This document shows, in pieces, positions 1 through 12,250 of a stretch of 64,000 nucleotides of DNA. The DNA comes from the human T2T-CHM13v2.0 reference genome, Homo sapiens. How positions within the stretch are numbered: the stretch's first letter is position 1; the number at the start of each line of letters is the position of its first letter. The notes under the pieces were generated by a model. That model did not search any database, was not told the DNA's origin, and saw nothing but the letters and a program-made list of their open reading frames with translations. Location: assembly GCF_009914755.1 (NCBI RefSeq), contig NC_060930.1. One strand, 5' to 3'. The position numbers and the translations under genes are program-made.

Positions 1-83
1 GGGACATGTGTTTTAGAGTAGCTGTGAATAAATGGGGAAATCGCATGAAAGTTTTCTTGTCCTAAATTATTGAAGATTGATAA

Positions 84-86
<3 letters not shown>

Positions 87-114
<28 letters not shown>
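87..114. repeat. (GA)n microsatellite
   Basis: Perfect GA dinucleotide run. Confidence 0.95.
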
Positions 115-879
115 ACTTCCATGTATGCATTACCTCTTTATCCATGTTTTCTTTTTTTCTTCCTTAGTTGGGTAGTGATAAAAACTGGATGATGATATAC
201 TATGCTGAAATAGAATGTCTGGAAAGATTTGTCTGGACTAAGGATGCTGAACTGAAAATAAGAGAAGTGCTAATATTTCTTATAATCCAGGTTTTGCGCA
301 ATACTTCCCTCTATGCACCTGGTTCCCCTCCTTATTCCCCCACTCTTTTTTTCAATAATGGACCTTCTTTTCTTTGTTTGATATCTAAATGGTCTCTCTC
401 TCTTTCTCTTTCTCTCTCTAGCAACAGCATATCATTAGTTTTACTCAAGAGTAAATTCAGGCTTCTATTCTTTCAGACCTAATGGTCCAAGGAGTCAACA
501 AACTCATCTGGAACAAGTGCTGGATATTCCAGTACATCTCAGCTCAGCTGAGTGTTCTTGCTCTGGCTCTGTTATTGTTAACAGGGTTCATGTGGAAGTC
601 ATAAGTATCAAAAAACAAATGAAAATGCAAGAGCAGCATGAGACTCAGTGAGATGATTAAACTTTTGTATAATTGAAATTTCAGAAATGGGGAAGAGAGA
701 GGATGAAGCAGAAGGAATATCTATGGATATAACTATGTTAAATTCTCCAAAGTAAAGATTCAGGAAGTGCAAGTGCTACCAAATTTAAGCAAATTCATGT
801 TGTATTAAAATGGCTAAAAATCAAAGACAACGCTAAGGAAAATAAGGCATTAAGGAACCACTGGTAAGAAACAGAACTG

Positions 880-1350
880 ACCTCTATCACAGAAAATTCC
901 CCATTCCCAGAGTTGTGGGCCTTGACAACAAATGCCTGGCAGGATTGCGTAATTGTTATAAATCGGTGACTGCTATGATGCCTCTGTTGCTCTCTCTTTG
1001 GAATGTGAGAATCTGATTGAAGTTATCATCTCCCCATCTCACCAATGTATTTTGGATGTGTGGCATGAAAATAACTACTTAGTTCACAGATCCATGGCTT
1101 AAGAAGAGCTTCTCTCAAAATGCTGCCCTTGAGAAATTTCACCTAAGAAGCCTCATTTGCATCAGGACCCCATGCAGATGACTATAGCCTGGACTTCAAG
1201 CCCGATGCAGTGAGTGGATGAGATTTTGGGGGTCTTCAGAGGTGGTGAGTAAATCTGGTGTGTGGAAGAGATGTGAATCCATGGGGCCAACAGAAAGACT
1301 AGGGTAGATTTTTACAATAATGCCCCCAGTGAATCAAGCCTCCCAGTATC
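880..1350 (+). mobile_element. Degraded ERVL-MaLR (MLT1-type) internal 3' end plus LTR start
   Basis: ggatgagattttgggggtc...gatgtgaatccatggggcc resembles an MLT1-int 3' end, followed by an LTR-like gcccccagtgaatc...cctcccagtatcc. Confidence 0.35.
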
Positions 1351-1370
1351 CGGGTGGCATAAAAAGTAGG

Positions 1371-1741
1371 TATCTTAGTTAGCTAGGGCTACCATAACAA
1401 TATATTTTAATGTAGATGCCTTAAACAACATACATTTATTTTCTTACAGTTCTGGAGGCTGGAAATCTGAGACCAGGATGATATAGCATGGTTCTGGTGA
1501 AGGCTTGCTTCCTGGCTTGCCGATACCTACTTACTCTCTCTGTCCTCACATGGTAGAGAGATAAAAAGAGAGAGCAAGCTCTCTGGCATCTCTTCTTGTT
1601 AGGATACCGATCCCATCATGAGGGCACTGCTCTCATGGCCTCATCTGACCCCAACTATCTCCCAAAGGCTCTGTCTCTAAATACCATCCATTAGGGACTT
1701 CAACACATGAATTTGAGGGAAACAGCACTCAGTCCACAGCA
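1371..1741 (-). mobile_element. MaLR solo LTR (MLT1A/MSTD-like)
   Basis: Typical antisense MaLR LTR: tcttagttagctagggctaccataaca...acagttctggaggctggaaatctgag...acatgaatttgaggg...cagtccacagca. Confidence 0.8.
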
Positions 1742-2235
1742 GTGGGGGAAGAACAAAAAACAAGGAATCAATGCAACACATAGAAAATAGTTATAAAGAC
1801 AATAGATATTAATCCTTTATATCAATAATCACTTTAAATGTGAGAGGTCTAAATATATCAACTAAAAGACAAAGATTGTCAGAATGGATTACAAAAAAAA
1901 AAGACCCAAGTAAATGTTGGCTGCAAGGAATGAATCTATGTTAAATATAAAACTCAGATAAGTTAAAAGTAAAGGAATGGAGGAATAAATACGATCCTGA
2001 CACTCATCAAAAGAAAGCTGGAAGAGCCACATTAATATCACACAAAGTAAATTTCAGAACAAGAAAGATTATTAGGGATATAGAGGAGCATTACATAATG
2101 ATACAGGAATCCATTCTCTAAGAAGATATAACAACGCTAAACTTTCATGAACCTGAGAACAGACTGACAAAATACATGAGGCAAAAACTAATAAAACTGC
2201 AATGAGAAAGAAAATATTCCGCCATGATAGTTGGT
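1742..2235 (+). mobile_element. Old L1 fragment, ORF2 endonuclease region
   Basis: atatcaataatcactttaaatgtg...aaagacaaagattgtcagaatggatt...catcaaaagaaagctgga matches the L1M ORF2 5' region. Confidence 0.8.
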
Positions 2236-2847
2236 AATAGATCTCTAGAAGTACACATAAACTAACAAGTGATTTTCAGTTGAGAGAGGAACTGTTAATC
2301 TGGGGATAAAGACAGGAGAGTGACTTACTTTTTATTTTATGTCATTTTTTAACCTTTTCACTTCTGTATCCTTTACATCTACTTGTATTACAAATGAATA
2401 CATAAAAAAGAAGGGAAAAAGTCTTTGGAATGAGACTTGAATTCAAATAACAATTCTGCCACATAATTAGTGCCTCAGTTTTCTTATCTGTGGAATATGA
2501 ACTAGAGTATCACTCTTCCAAAATTGTTGTGATGATTGAGGTAGATATGTATGTCCCATGTGGATGACAGTGCCAGACCCTTGATAAGCTCTTGATAACT
2601 ACTACTTTTATCTTAGGTATGATTCACATAAAATTTAACTGTGGTTGAGCAGCAAAGTTCTCTCCTAATTATTTTTTAGTGCCCTAGGTTCTCTAAATTG
2701 TATTGTGTATGTTAATTCTGTAACTTTCTGCCACTCAAGTTGGATGATTCATATGCACAGAACTCAGGAATTTATTCTCATGTCACCAACTGACACCGGT
2801 GCATTAGACACCAGAGCACGTATTATTTGTGTCATCTTAATTGTGTC

Positions 2848-5487
2848 ATTTTAATTGACACATAATAATTACACATATTTATGGGGCACAATGTGATGTT
2901 TCAATACATGTATACATTGGTAAATGATCAAATTAGGGTAATTAACATATCCATCATCTCAAACATTTACCATTCTTTTGTGGTGAGAACATTGAAAATC
3001 CTCTCTATTCTGTTTCATTGGTTTATGTTTCTGTTTTTATGCCAGTAGTATGCATCTTTGGTTACAACAGCTTTGTAGTATATTTTGAAGTCAGGTAGTA
3101 CGACACCTCCAGTTTTATTATTTTACTCAAGATGCCTTTGGCTATTTGGGGTCTTTTGTAATTCCATATGAATTTTAGAATTGTTTTCCTATTTCTGTGA
3201 AGAATGTCGTTGATATTTTGATAGGCATTGCACAGAACCTATAGATTGCTTTAAGTAGTATGACATTTTAAAAACATTAATTTTTCCAATCCATGAACAT
3301 GGGATATTTTTCTATTTATGTGTCCTCCTAAATTTCTTTCATCAGTGTTTTCTGGTTTTCATTATAAAGATCTTTTACCTTCTTGGTTAAATATATTCCT
3401 AGGTTTTTTTTGTAGTTATTGTAAATGAGATTGTTTCTTGATTTCATTTTCAGATACTTTGCTATTGGTGTATACAAATGCTACTGATTTTTATAGGTTG
3501 ATTTTGTATTATGCAGTTTTACTGAATTCATTATGGGTTCTAACAGCTTTTGGTGGAGTTGTTAAGAGTTTTCTATATATAAAATCATGTAATCTGCAAA
3601 CAGAGACAATTTGACTTCTTCTTTTCCCATTTATTTATTTATCCTGCCTAGTTGCTCTGGCTAAGACTTCCAGTACTATGTTGAATAGAAGTGGTGAAAG
3701 TGATTGTCCTTGTTTTATTCCAGGTCTCAAAGGAAAAGCTCTCAGCTTTTTCTCATTCAGTAGGATGTTATCTGTGAGTCTGTCATATATGGCCTTTATT
3801 GCATTGGGATACATACTTTCTATACCTCATTTGTTGAGAGTTTTTTTTTTTTATCATGAACAGATGTTGAATTTTGTCAATTTTTTTCACCATCTATGGA
3901 AATGATCATAGGGTTTTTGTCCTTCTTTCTGTTAATGTGATGTATCACATTATTGAATTGCATATGTTGAACAAGTGTTGCATGCCTTGGATGAATCCCA
4001 CTTGATCATAGTGAATGATCTTTTTGATATTCTATTGAATTCAATTTGCTAGTATTTTGTTGAGGATTTGTGCTTGTATGTTAATCAGGAAACTCTATAG
4101 TTTTTTTTTTTTATTGTATCCTTGTCTGGTTTTGGTATGAAGGTAATACTGACCTCACAGAATAAGTTTGAAAGTATTCTCTTCAATTTTCTAGCATAGT
4201 TTGAAAATAATTTGTATTAGGTTTTCTTTAAATATTTGGTAGAATTCAGCAGTGAAGCTGTCAGGTCCCAGGCTTTTTGTTGATGAGAGACTTTTTATTA
4301 CTGCTTCTATTTCCTCGTCATTATTGGTCTGTTTAGATTTCTTTCTCTTCATAATCCAATCTAGGTAAATTGTATGTGTCTAGGAATTTATATATTTCGT
4401 CTGGTTGTTCAGTTTGTTGACATATAATTATTCAAGTCTGATTTTATTTATTTGTGTCTTTCCTCTTTTTTTTTTTGGTTTAGCTAATTAATTGTTCTTT
4501 TTTGTTTTTTTGTCATTTTAGATAGAGTCTCACTCTGTCACCCAGGCTGGAGTGCAGTGGCATGATGTCTGCTCACTGCAACCTCTGCTTGCCGGGTTCA
4601 AATGATGCTTGTGCCTCAGACTCCTGAGTAGCTGGGACTGCAGGCGTGCACCACCACGCCTCACTAATTTTTGTATTTTTAGTAAAGACCGGGTTTCACC
4701 ATGTTGGCCAGGCTGGTCTCGAACTCCTGACCTCAATTGATCCGCCTGCCTCAGCCTCCCAAAGTGCTGGGATTATAGGCGTGAGCCACCGTAACTGGTC
4801 AAGAATTGTTCATTTTGTTTATCTTTTCTAAAAAACGGAGTCTTTGTTAATATTTTGTATTTTTTTCTAGTGTCTATTTCATTTATTTCTGCTCTGGTCT
4901 TTATTATTTTCTTTCTTCTCCTTGTTTTTGGTTTAGTTTGTTCTTATTTTTGTACAGTTTCTTGAGTTACAACATTAAGTCGTTTATTAGAGATTTTTTT
5001 TAATGAAGCTGTTTATTGGTGTAAACTCCCTTTTATAACAGTTTCTGCTATATCCCATAGGTTTTAGTATGTTATTTTTTCCGTTTTCTTTTTTCTCAAG
5101 AAAATATTACATTCGCCTTCTAATTTCTTCTTTAATCCATTGTTTATTTAGGAGCTTGTTTTTAAATTTCCATGTATTTGCAAAGTTTGTGAAGTTTCTC
5201 CTGTTATTGTTTCTATTTTTATATCATTTTGGTCAGAAAATACACTTGATATGATCTCTATTTCCTTAAATTTGTTAGACTTGTTTTGTAGCCTAACATA
5301 TTTATCCTGGAGAATATTCCATTTGCAGTTGAGAAGAATGTGTATTCCACAGTTATTTCATGGAATGTTCTGTAAATGTCTGTTAGATTCATTTGGTCTA
5401 AAGAGCAGTCAAAATCCAATGTTTCTATGTTGATTTTCTGCCTGGATGATCTGTCCATTATTGAAAATGGGGTGTTGACATCTGCTA
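2848..5487 (-). mobile_element. L1MA-type LINE, 3' part (host of the NGRN retrocopy)
   Basis: Antisense L1MA 3' end (ttttaattgacacataataatt...gtggtgagaacatt) followed by antisense ORF2; interrupted by an Alu at ~4496-4800. Confidence 0.9.
4496..4800 (-). mobile_element. AluS element
   Basis: Full antisense Alu dimer with a degenerate T-tail and aattgttc TSD-like flanks. Confidence 0.95.
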
Positions 5488-7140
5488 TTTTTTTCCCACT
5501 TCCCCCCAAACACATATTGCAAGTATCAGAGAAAATTGTAACAACACATGTGACACAGGCTGGTTTTCAACACATAGTGAGCCCAAGCATGAAGGGTGAG
5601 TACTGAAGATCTACAGAGGTCAGACTGGGAGCCCTGACACAGGAAGTTTGAATGTCCCAAAACAGCTTTTTCCTCCCACAGTCCAGGCTCATCACTTCTT
5701 GCTAATCTAAGGTGGCTTATCCACACACAGAAATATAGGCTGCTCCATATATGTTAATAATTGCTCAGCTGTGTTTCACGAGGGATCTCCACAAGCCAAG
5801 CCCCAGCTCAAATTCTGTACAGGAAGTTCCTGTTGCTGTCAAAGAACTCTCGCCTCCTCTGCACTACTTTGCTGCTGAAGCGACCCGGCTCCCCTGCCTT
5901 CAACTTCTCCAGCTTCTGATCACTTGGCAGCCTACCATCGTCAGTTCTTCTGGTGCTCTCAGAAGCACTGGAGTACTTGTGCAGCTCTCTCTGATGACCT
6001 AGGACTGCAGCAAGAGGCACATAGCTCTCCTTCTTCAGATTCTGGCTTCCTTTATTCCTTCCCTTCCATCTCCTTCGTACATTTGTCCTGTGAGTGTTTG
6101 ACTATCACTTTCAAAGCTATGGTGTGATTCGGGTCTTTGGATGAGGCTTCATGCCCTGTCATAAGCAAAGAGCCTGAGACAGAGTGGCCTGCAGGGAGTA
6201 GCTTTGAGGTATTTCCAGAGCCCTGGAGCTACTGGAGCAAGTGGGAAACCCCAGTTTTCTTAAGGACTTTTTGATCCTGCTTCAGTTTCAGCTCCAATGT
6301 GGGTACAAACTTGCTTTTTAAAACTCTTGAGATCACATCAGTGCTGACATCAAAACCTTCAGCCAACCTGGGAACTGACCAGGACTCTGCAAATTCCTTG
6401 TGTAAATACTGGATCTACTCCATGGGTTCCCATGTCAGGGTTCTGGGCAGAGCACCAGGTGTCTCCATTTGCCTCCAAATTTTCTGGAATCGGATTGCTT
6501 TTTTCTGTCATTGCAGGGTGCTAGAGGAGAGAGCCAATGGCAGAAGCCATGTGTGGAAGCAGGATGGATGTTTGAAGAGCCTCAGGCTAAATCATGGAGC
6601 ACCTAGCCCTCTTCTCTTTGATAGCGAGGGCAATCGGTCCGTATCTGCCAGCTTGGAGCTGCTCTGTAAACCCAGAAACCTAACACCTAGAATAATAACT
6701 GCCTGTAAGCATGCCGAACTCTCTAAACTGGTGATGAAATATGTCACTAGTGAAGGGACTAGTGGTCCCAGGGGAGCTGGACACCTGACACTGTGCTCTG
6801 GACATTGGGTAAGAAGAAACAAGGGCCCCTGTGCAGGTAGCAGCAGGACACCTGGAACCAAGGGGGTGTGGCCTGGGGTGCCAGGGCATGAGGCCCTGCT
6901 TCAAGCTGAGGGCCCAGGGAGGAGCCGGTACCTCTCCACCTCCTTTAGCTTCCATTCCTCTGGCTCCTAGTCAGAATTGTGTTCCAGCTCCCAGATGATA
7001 GGGCCTGGGCCTGCCACCCCGTAGATCATGAACCCACAGTGAGGAATGGCAACACAGACATTCAAGTCCAGCTAGAGACTCAGAGTAACCACCACGTCAA
7101 TGCGTACTAGCCTTCAGCATCCTACAACATGGCAGCAGCC
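5488..7140 (-). pseudogene. NGRN (neugrin) retro-pseudogene, semi-processed (intron 1 retained)
   Basis: Minus-strand translation gives VVTLSL*...GVAGPGP...EPEE..L.EVE(S) | TL.*Q.KAIRFQKI.RQME.PGA.PRTLTWE.ME*I.YLH.EF.ESWSVPRLAEGFDVSTDVI.RVLKSKF...FSSKVVQR.REFFDSN.NFLYRI* (stop 5808-5810), matching neugrin. Start ATG>GTG at 7095-7093, several in-frame stops, T7 tail remnant at 5488-5494, TSD tgacatctgctatt (5476-5489) / tgacatctcctctt (7141-7154). Confidence 0.93.
6521..6931 (-). other. Retained 411-bp GT-AG intron inside the NGRN retrocopy
   Basis: Minus strand reads GAGGTGGAGAG|GTACCG...ctctctcctctAG|CACCCTG. Removing it restores the E-V-E-S-T-L frame of neugrin (phase 2). Confidence 0.9.
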
Positions 7141-7670
7141 TGACATCTCCTCTTATTATTGTATTGTAGTCTCTTTAGATCTACTAATATTTGCTTTATA
7201 TATTTGGGTGCACTGATGTTGGGTGCATAAATATTTATGATTGTTATATCCTCTTGCTGAACCAATTCCTTTATCATTATATAATGATGAATATTTTGTT
7301 TCTACAGTTTTGGATTTAAAGTTAATTTTATTTGATATAAGTGTAGCTTATATTCATCCCTTCACTTTCAGTCTATGTGTGGTCTTACAGGTGAGGTGAG
7401 TTCTTGTAAGCAGCATATAGTTAAGTCTTGATTTTTTGAAGAAATATTTAACCACTATATATCTTTTAATTGAATAATTTAATTCATTTATATTCAAGGT
7501 TATTATTGATTGATAAGGACTTACTCTAGCCATTTTGTTAAGTGTTTTCTGGTTGTTTCATTCTTTCTTTCTTTTTCTTTCATTCATTCATTCATTCATT
7601 CATTTGTTCGTTCATTTATCTTTCTGGCTTGCTGGTTTTCTGCAGTGCTAAGCTTTGATTTTTTTTCTCT
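7141..7670 (-). mobile_element. Continuation of the host L1MA (ORF2 5' / inter-ORF region)
   Basis: L1 sequence resumes exactly after the TSD (ttattattgtattgtagtctctttagatctactaatatttgc). Confidence 0.85.
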
Positions 7671-8770
7671 TTCTCACATTTATGGACTTCAGTATGTAAA
7701 ACATCCTTGTATCACTGGTGTAAAACCCACTTGATCATGGTGTATTATCTTTTTGATATGCTGTTGGATGCAGTTAGCTAGCATTTAGTATTTTGCTGAG
7801 GATTTTTGCATCTATATTCATCAGGGATATTGGTCTGTAGTTTTCCTTTTTTATTGTCCTTTTCAGATTTTTGTATTAGGGCGGGACTGGCTTCATAGAA
7901 TGATTTAGGGAGGGCTCTCTATTTCACTATCTTTTGGAATAGTTTCAGAAAGATTGGTACCAATGCTTTGAATATCTGGTAGAATTCAGTTGTGAACCCA
8001 TCTGGTCCTGGACTTTTTGTTATTGTTTGCAATTTTTTTTTATTACTGATTTAATCTCACCATTTGTTATTGGTCTGGTCAGAGTTTCTATTTCTTTCTG
8101 ATTTAATTAGAAGGGTTGTATATATTTCCAGGATTTATCCATCTTCTCTAGATTTTCTACTTTGTGCATGTAAAGGTGTTTGTAGTAGCCTTGAATAATT
8201 TTTTATATTTCTGTGGTATCAGTTGTAATATATCTCATTTTGTTTCTAATTGAACTTATTTGGATCTTCTGTCTTCTTTTCTTGTTTAGTCTTGCTAGTG
8301 GTCTATCAATTTTGTTTATCTTTTCAGAGAACCAGCTTTTTCTTTCATTTTTTTTTTATTTTTTTTATTTCAATTTCACTTAGTTCTGCTCTGGTGTTTG
8401 TTATATCTTTTCTCTTGCTGGGCTTCAGTTTGGCTTGTTCTTATTTCTCTAGTTCCTTGAGGTGTGACCTTAAATGGTCTATTTGTGTTCTTTCAGACTT
8501 TGATATAGGCAGTTAATGCTGGGAACTTTCCTCTTAGCACCACTTTTGCTGTATCCCAGAAGTTTCAATAAGTTGTGTCACTCACTATTACCGTTCAGCT
8601 CAAAGAGTTTTTAAATTTCTGTCTTGATTTTATTGTTGACTCAAAGATCATTCAAGAGCAGATTATTTAATTTCCAAATATTTGTATAGTTTTGAAGATT
8701 CCCTTTGGAGTTAATTTCCACTTTTATTCCACTGTGGTGTGAGAGGACATAATGTAATTTTGATTTTCTT

Positions 8771-9080
8771 TTTTTTTTTTTTTTTTGAGACAGAGTTTCT
8801 CTCTGTCATCCAGGCTGGAGTGCAGTGGTGCGATCTCGGCTCACTGCAACCTCTGTCTCCTGGGTTCAAGTGATTCTCCTATCTCAGCCTCCCTGAGTAG
8901 CTGTGACTACAGGCGTGTGCCACCACCCCAGCCTAATTTTTTTTTTTTGTTTTGTATTTTTAGTAGAGATGAGGTTTTGCCATGTTGGCCAGGCTGTTCT
9001 CGAACTCTTGACCTCAGGGGATCCACCCGCCTTGGCCTCCCAAGTGCTGGGATTACAGGTGTGAGCCACCATGCCCAGCC
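8771..9080 (-). mobile_element. AluS element
   Basis: Antisense Alu; perfect TSD aattttgattttctt at 8756-8770 and 9081-9095. Confidence 0.96.
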
Positions 9081-9868
9081 AATTTTGATTTTCTTAAATT
9101 TATTGAGACTTGCTTTGTCACCCATCACATGGTGTATCTTGAAGGATGTTTCATATGCTGATGAAAAGAATGTATATTATGCAGTTGTAGGCTAGAATGT
9201 TCTGTAAATATCTGTTAAGTCCATTTGTTCTAGGGCAGTTTAAATTCATTGTTTCTTTGTTTACTTTTTGTCTTGATGACCTGTCTAGTGCTGTCAGTGG
9301 AGTATTGAAGTTCCCCACTATTATTGTGTTGCTGTCTATCTCATTTCTTAGGTATAGTAGTAATTGTTTTATGAATTTGAGAGCTCAAGTGTTTTTTATA
9401 TATATATAAAATATCACAATTCTAAATAAATATATATATATTTATTTAGGATAAATATATATATATTTATCCTGTTGGACTAATCCTTTACCATTATATA
9501 ATGTCTCTCTGTTTTTTTTTATTCTTTTTGCTTCAAGTTTGTTTTGTCTGATATACGAATAGCTACTCCTGCTTGCTTTAGGTTTCATTTGGTGGAGTAT
9601 CTTTTTCCACCCCTTTACCTTAAGTTTATGTGAGCTCGTATGTGTTAGATAGTTTCTTAGAGACAGAAGATACTTGCTGGGTGGATTTTTATCCTTTCTG
9701 CCATTTGTATCTTTTAAGTGGAGTATTTAGGCCATTTACATCACTCGACATTAGTATTGAGATGTAGGGTACTGTTATAGTTATCATGTTAGTTGTTGTC
9801 TTAGTATCTTTTGTTTTGTGTGTGAGTTATTGTTCTATAGGCCTTGTAAAATTTATGCTTTAAGGAGA

Positions 9869-12250
9869 TAATATGGTTTGGTTCTGTGTACCCACCCAAA
9901 TCTCACCTTGAATTGTATTAATCCTTATGTTTCAAGGGTGGGAGCAGGTAGAGATAATTGAATCATGGGCACAGTTTCCCCCATGCTGGTCTCATGATAG
10001 TGAGTGAGTTTTCATGAGATTTGATGGTTTTATAAAGGGCTTCCCCCTTCACTTGGCAGTCATTCTCTCTCCTGCCACCCCATGAAGAGGTGCTTCCAAC
10101 ATTATTGTAAGTTTCCTGAGACCTCCCAAGCCATGCCTAACTGTGAGTCAATTAAACCTCTTTTCCTTATAAATAACTCAGTCTTGGGTATTTCTTCATA
10201 GCAGCTTGAGAATGCATTAATGCATTAAATTGACACTGCAGAGAGTAGGGTGCTGCTATAAGAATACCCAAAAATGTGGAAGTGACTTTGGAACTGGAAA
10301 ACAGGCAGAGGTTGAAACAGTTTGGAAGGCTCGAAAGAAGACAGGAAAATGTGGGAAAGCTTGGAACTTCCTAGACACTTGGAGGGCTCAGAAGATAGAA
10401 AGATGTAGGAAAGTTTTGAACTTCCTAGAGACTTGCTAAGTGGCTTTGACCAAAACGCTGATAGTGATGTGGACAATGAAGTCCAGGCTGAGGTAGTCTC
10501 AGATGGAGATGAGGAACTTGTTGGGAACTGGAATAATGGTGATTCTTGCTACTCTTTAGCAAAGAGACTGATGGCATTTTGCCCTTGCCCTAGAGTTCTT
10601 TGGAACTTTGACCTTGAGAGAGATGATTTAGTGTATCTGGCAGAAGAAATTTCCAAGCAGCAAAGCATTCAAGAAGAAGCAGAGCATAAAAGTTTGGAAA
10701 ATTTGCACCTTGATGGTGCAATAGAAGAGAAAAACCTTTTTCTTGGGCGAAATTCAAGTATGCTGCAGAAATTTGCATAAGTAATGAGGAGCCAAATGTT
10801 AATCACCAAGACAATGGGGAAAATGTTTCCACGGCATATCAGGGACTTTCACAGCAGCCCCTCCCATCACAGGCCAGGAGGCCTAGGAGATAAAAATGGT
10901 TTCATGGGATGGTCCCATGGTCCCCTGCTGTGTGCAGCCTAGGGACTTCGTGCCCTGTGTCCTAGGTGCTCCAGCCATGGCTAAAAGGGGCCAAGATACA
11001 GTTCCGGCCATGGTTTCAGAGAGTGCAAGCCCCAAACCTTGGCAGCTTCCATGTGGTATTGAGCCTGTGGGCACACAGAAGTCAAGAATTGAGGTTTGGG
11101 AATCTGCACCTAGATGTCAGAGGATGTATGGAAATTCCAGGATGTCCAGACAGAAGTTTGCTGCAGGGAAGGAGCCCTCATGGAGAACCTTTGCTAGGGC
11201 AGTGCAGAGGAAATGTAGGGTTGAAGCTCCCACACTGAAGCACTGCCTAGTGGAGCTGTGAGACGAGGGCCACCATCCTCCAGACCCCAGAATCGTAGAT
11301 CCACCGACTGCTTGCACTGTGTGCTGGAAAAGTCACACTCAGTGCCAGCCCATGAAAGCAGCTGGGAGAGGGGCTGTTCCCTGCAAAGCCACAGGGGAGG
11401 AGCTTCCCAAGGCCATGGGAGCCAACCTCTTGCATCAGCATTACCTGGATGTGAGACATGGAGTCAAAGGAGATCATTTTGGAACTTTAAGCTTAGAAGA
11501 CTGCCCTACTGGATTTCAGACTTGTATGGGCCTGTTGCCCCTTTGTTTTGGCTTATTTCTCCTTTTTAGAATGGGTATATTCACCCAATGTCTGTACCCC
11601 CATTTTATCAAAGAAGTAACTAACTTGCTTTTGATTTTACAGGCTAATAGACAGAAGGCACTTGCCTTGTCTCAGATGAGACTTTGGAATTGGACTTTTG
11701 AATTAAATCTGGAATGAGTTAAGACTTTGGTGTGATTTGGGGAAAAACATGATTAGTTTTGAAAACTTGCCTTGTCTCAGGTGAGACTTTGGATTGTGCA
11801 CTTTTGAGTTAATGAGTTAAGAATTTGGGGGACTGTTGAAAGGGCATGATTGTGTTTTGAAATGTGAAGACATGAGATTTGGGAGGGGACGGGGTGGAAT
11901 AATATGGTTTGGCTCTGTGTCCTCACCCAAATTTCACCTTGAATTCTAATAATCCCCATGCATCAAGGGTGGGACCAGGTGGAGATAATTGAATCATGGA
12001 CAGTTTTCCCCATGATGTTCTTGTGATAGTGAGTGAGTTCTCACGAGATCTGATGGTTTTATAAGGGGCTTCCCCCTTCTCTCGGCCCTCATTCTCCTGC
12101 TCCCCTGTGAAGAGGTGACTTCCACCATGATTGTAAGTTTCCTGAGGCCTCCCCAGCCATGAAGAAGTGTGAGTCAATTAAATCTGTGTTCTTTATAAAT
12201 TATCCATTCCCAGGTATTACTTCAGAGAAGCATGAGAATGGACTAATACA
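9869..12250 (+). mobile_element. Full-length THE1 (THE1D-like) MaLR retroelement: LTR ~9869-10224, internal region, LTR ~11900-12250
   Basis: Two homologous ~350-bp LTRs (taatatggtttgg...taatac/tgca) flank a THE1-int with the decayed ORF ADSDVDNEVQAEVVSDGDEELVGNW. Degenerate 5-bp TSD ggaga/ggaag. Confidence 0.92.

Noticed and set aside
10230-11717. Cluster of ORFs in the THE1 internal region
   Set aside because: Fragments of the decayed MaLR internal ORF.
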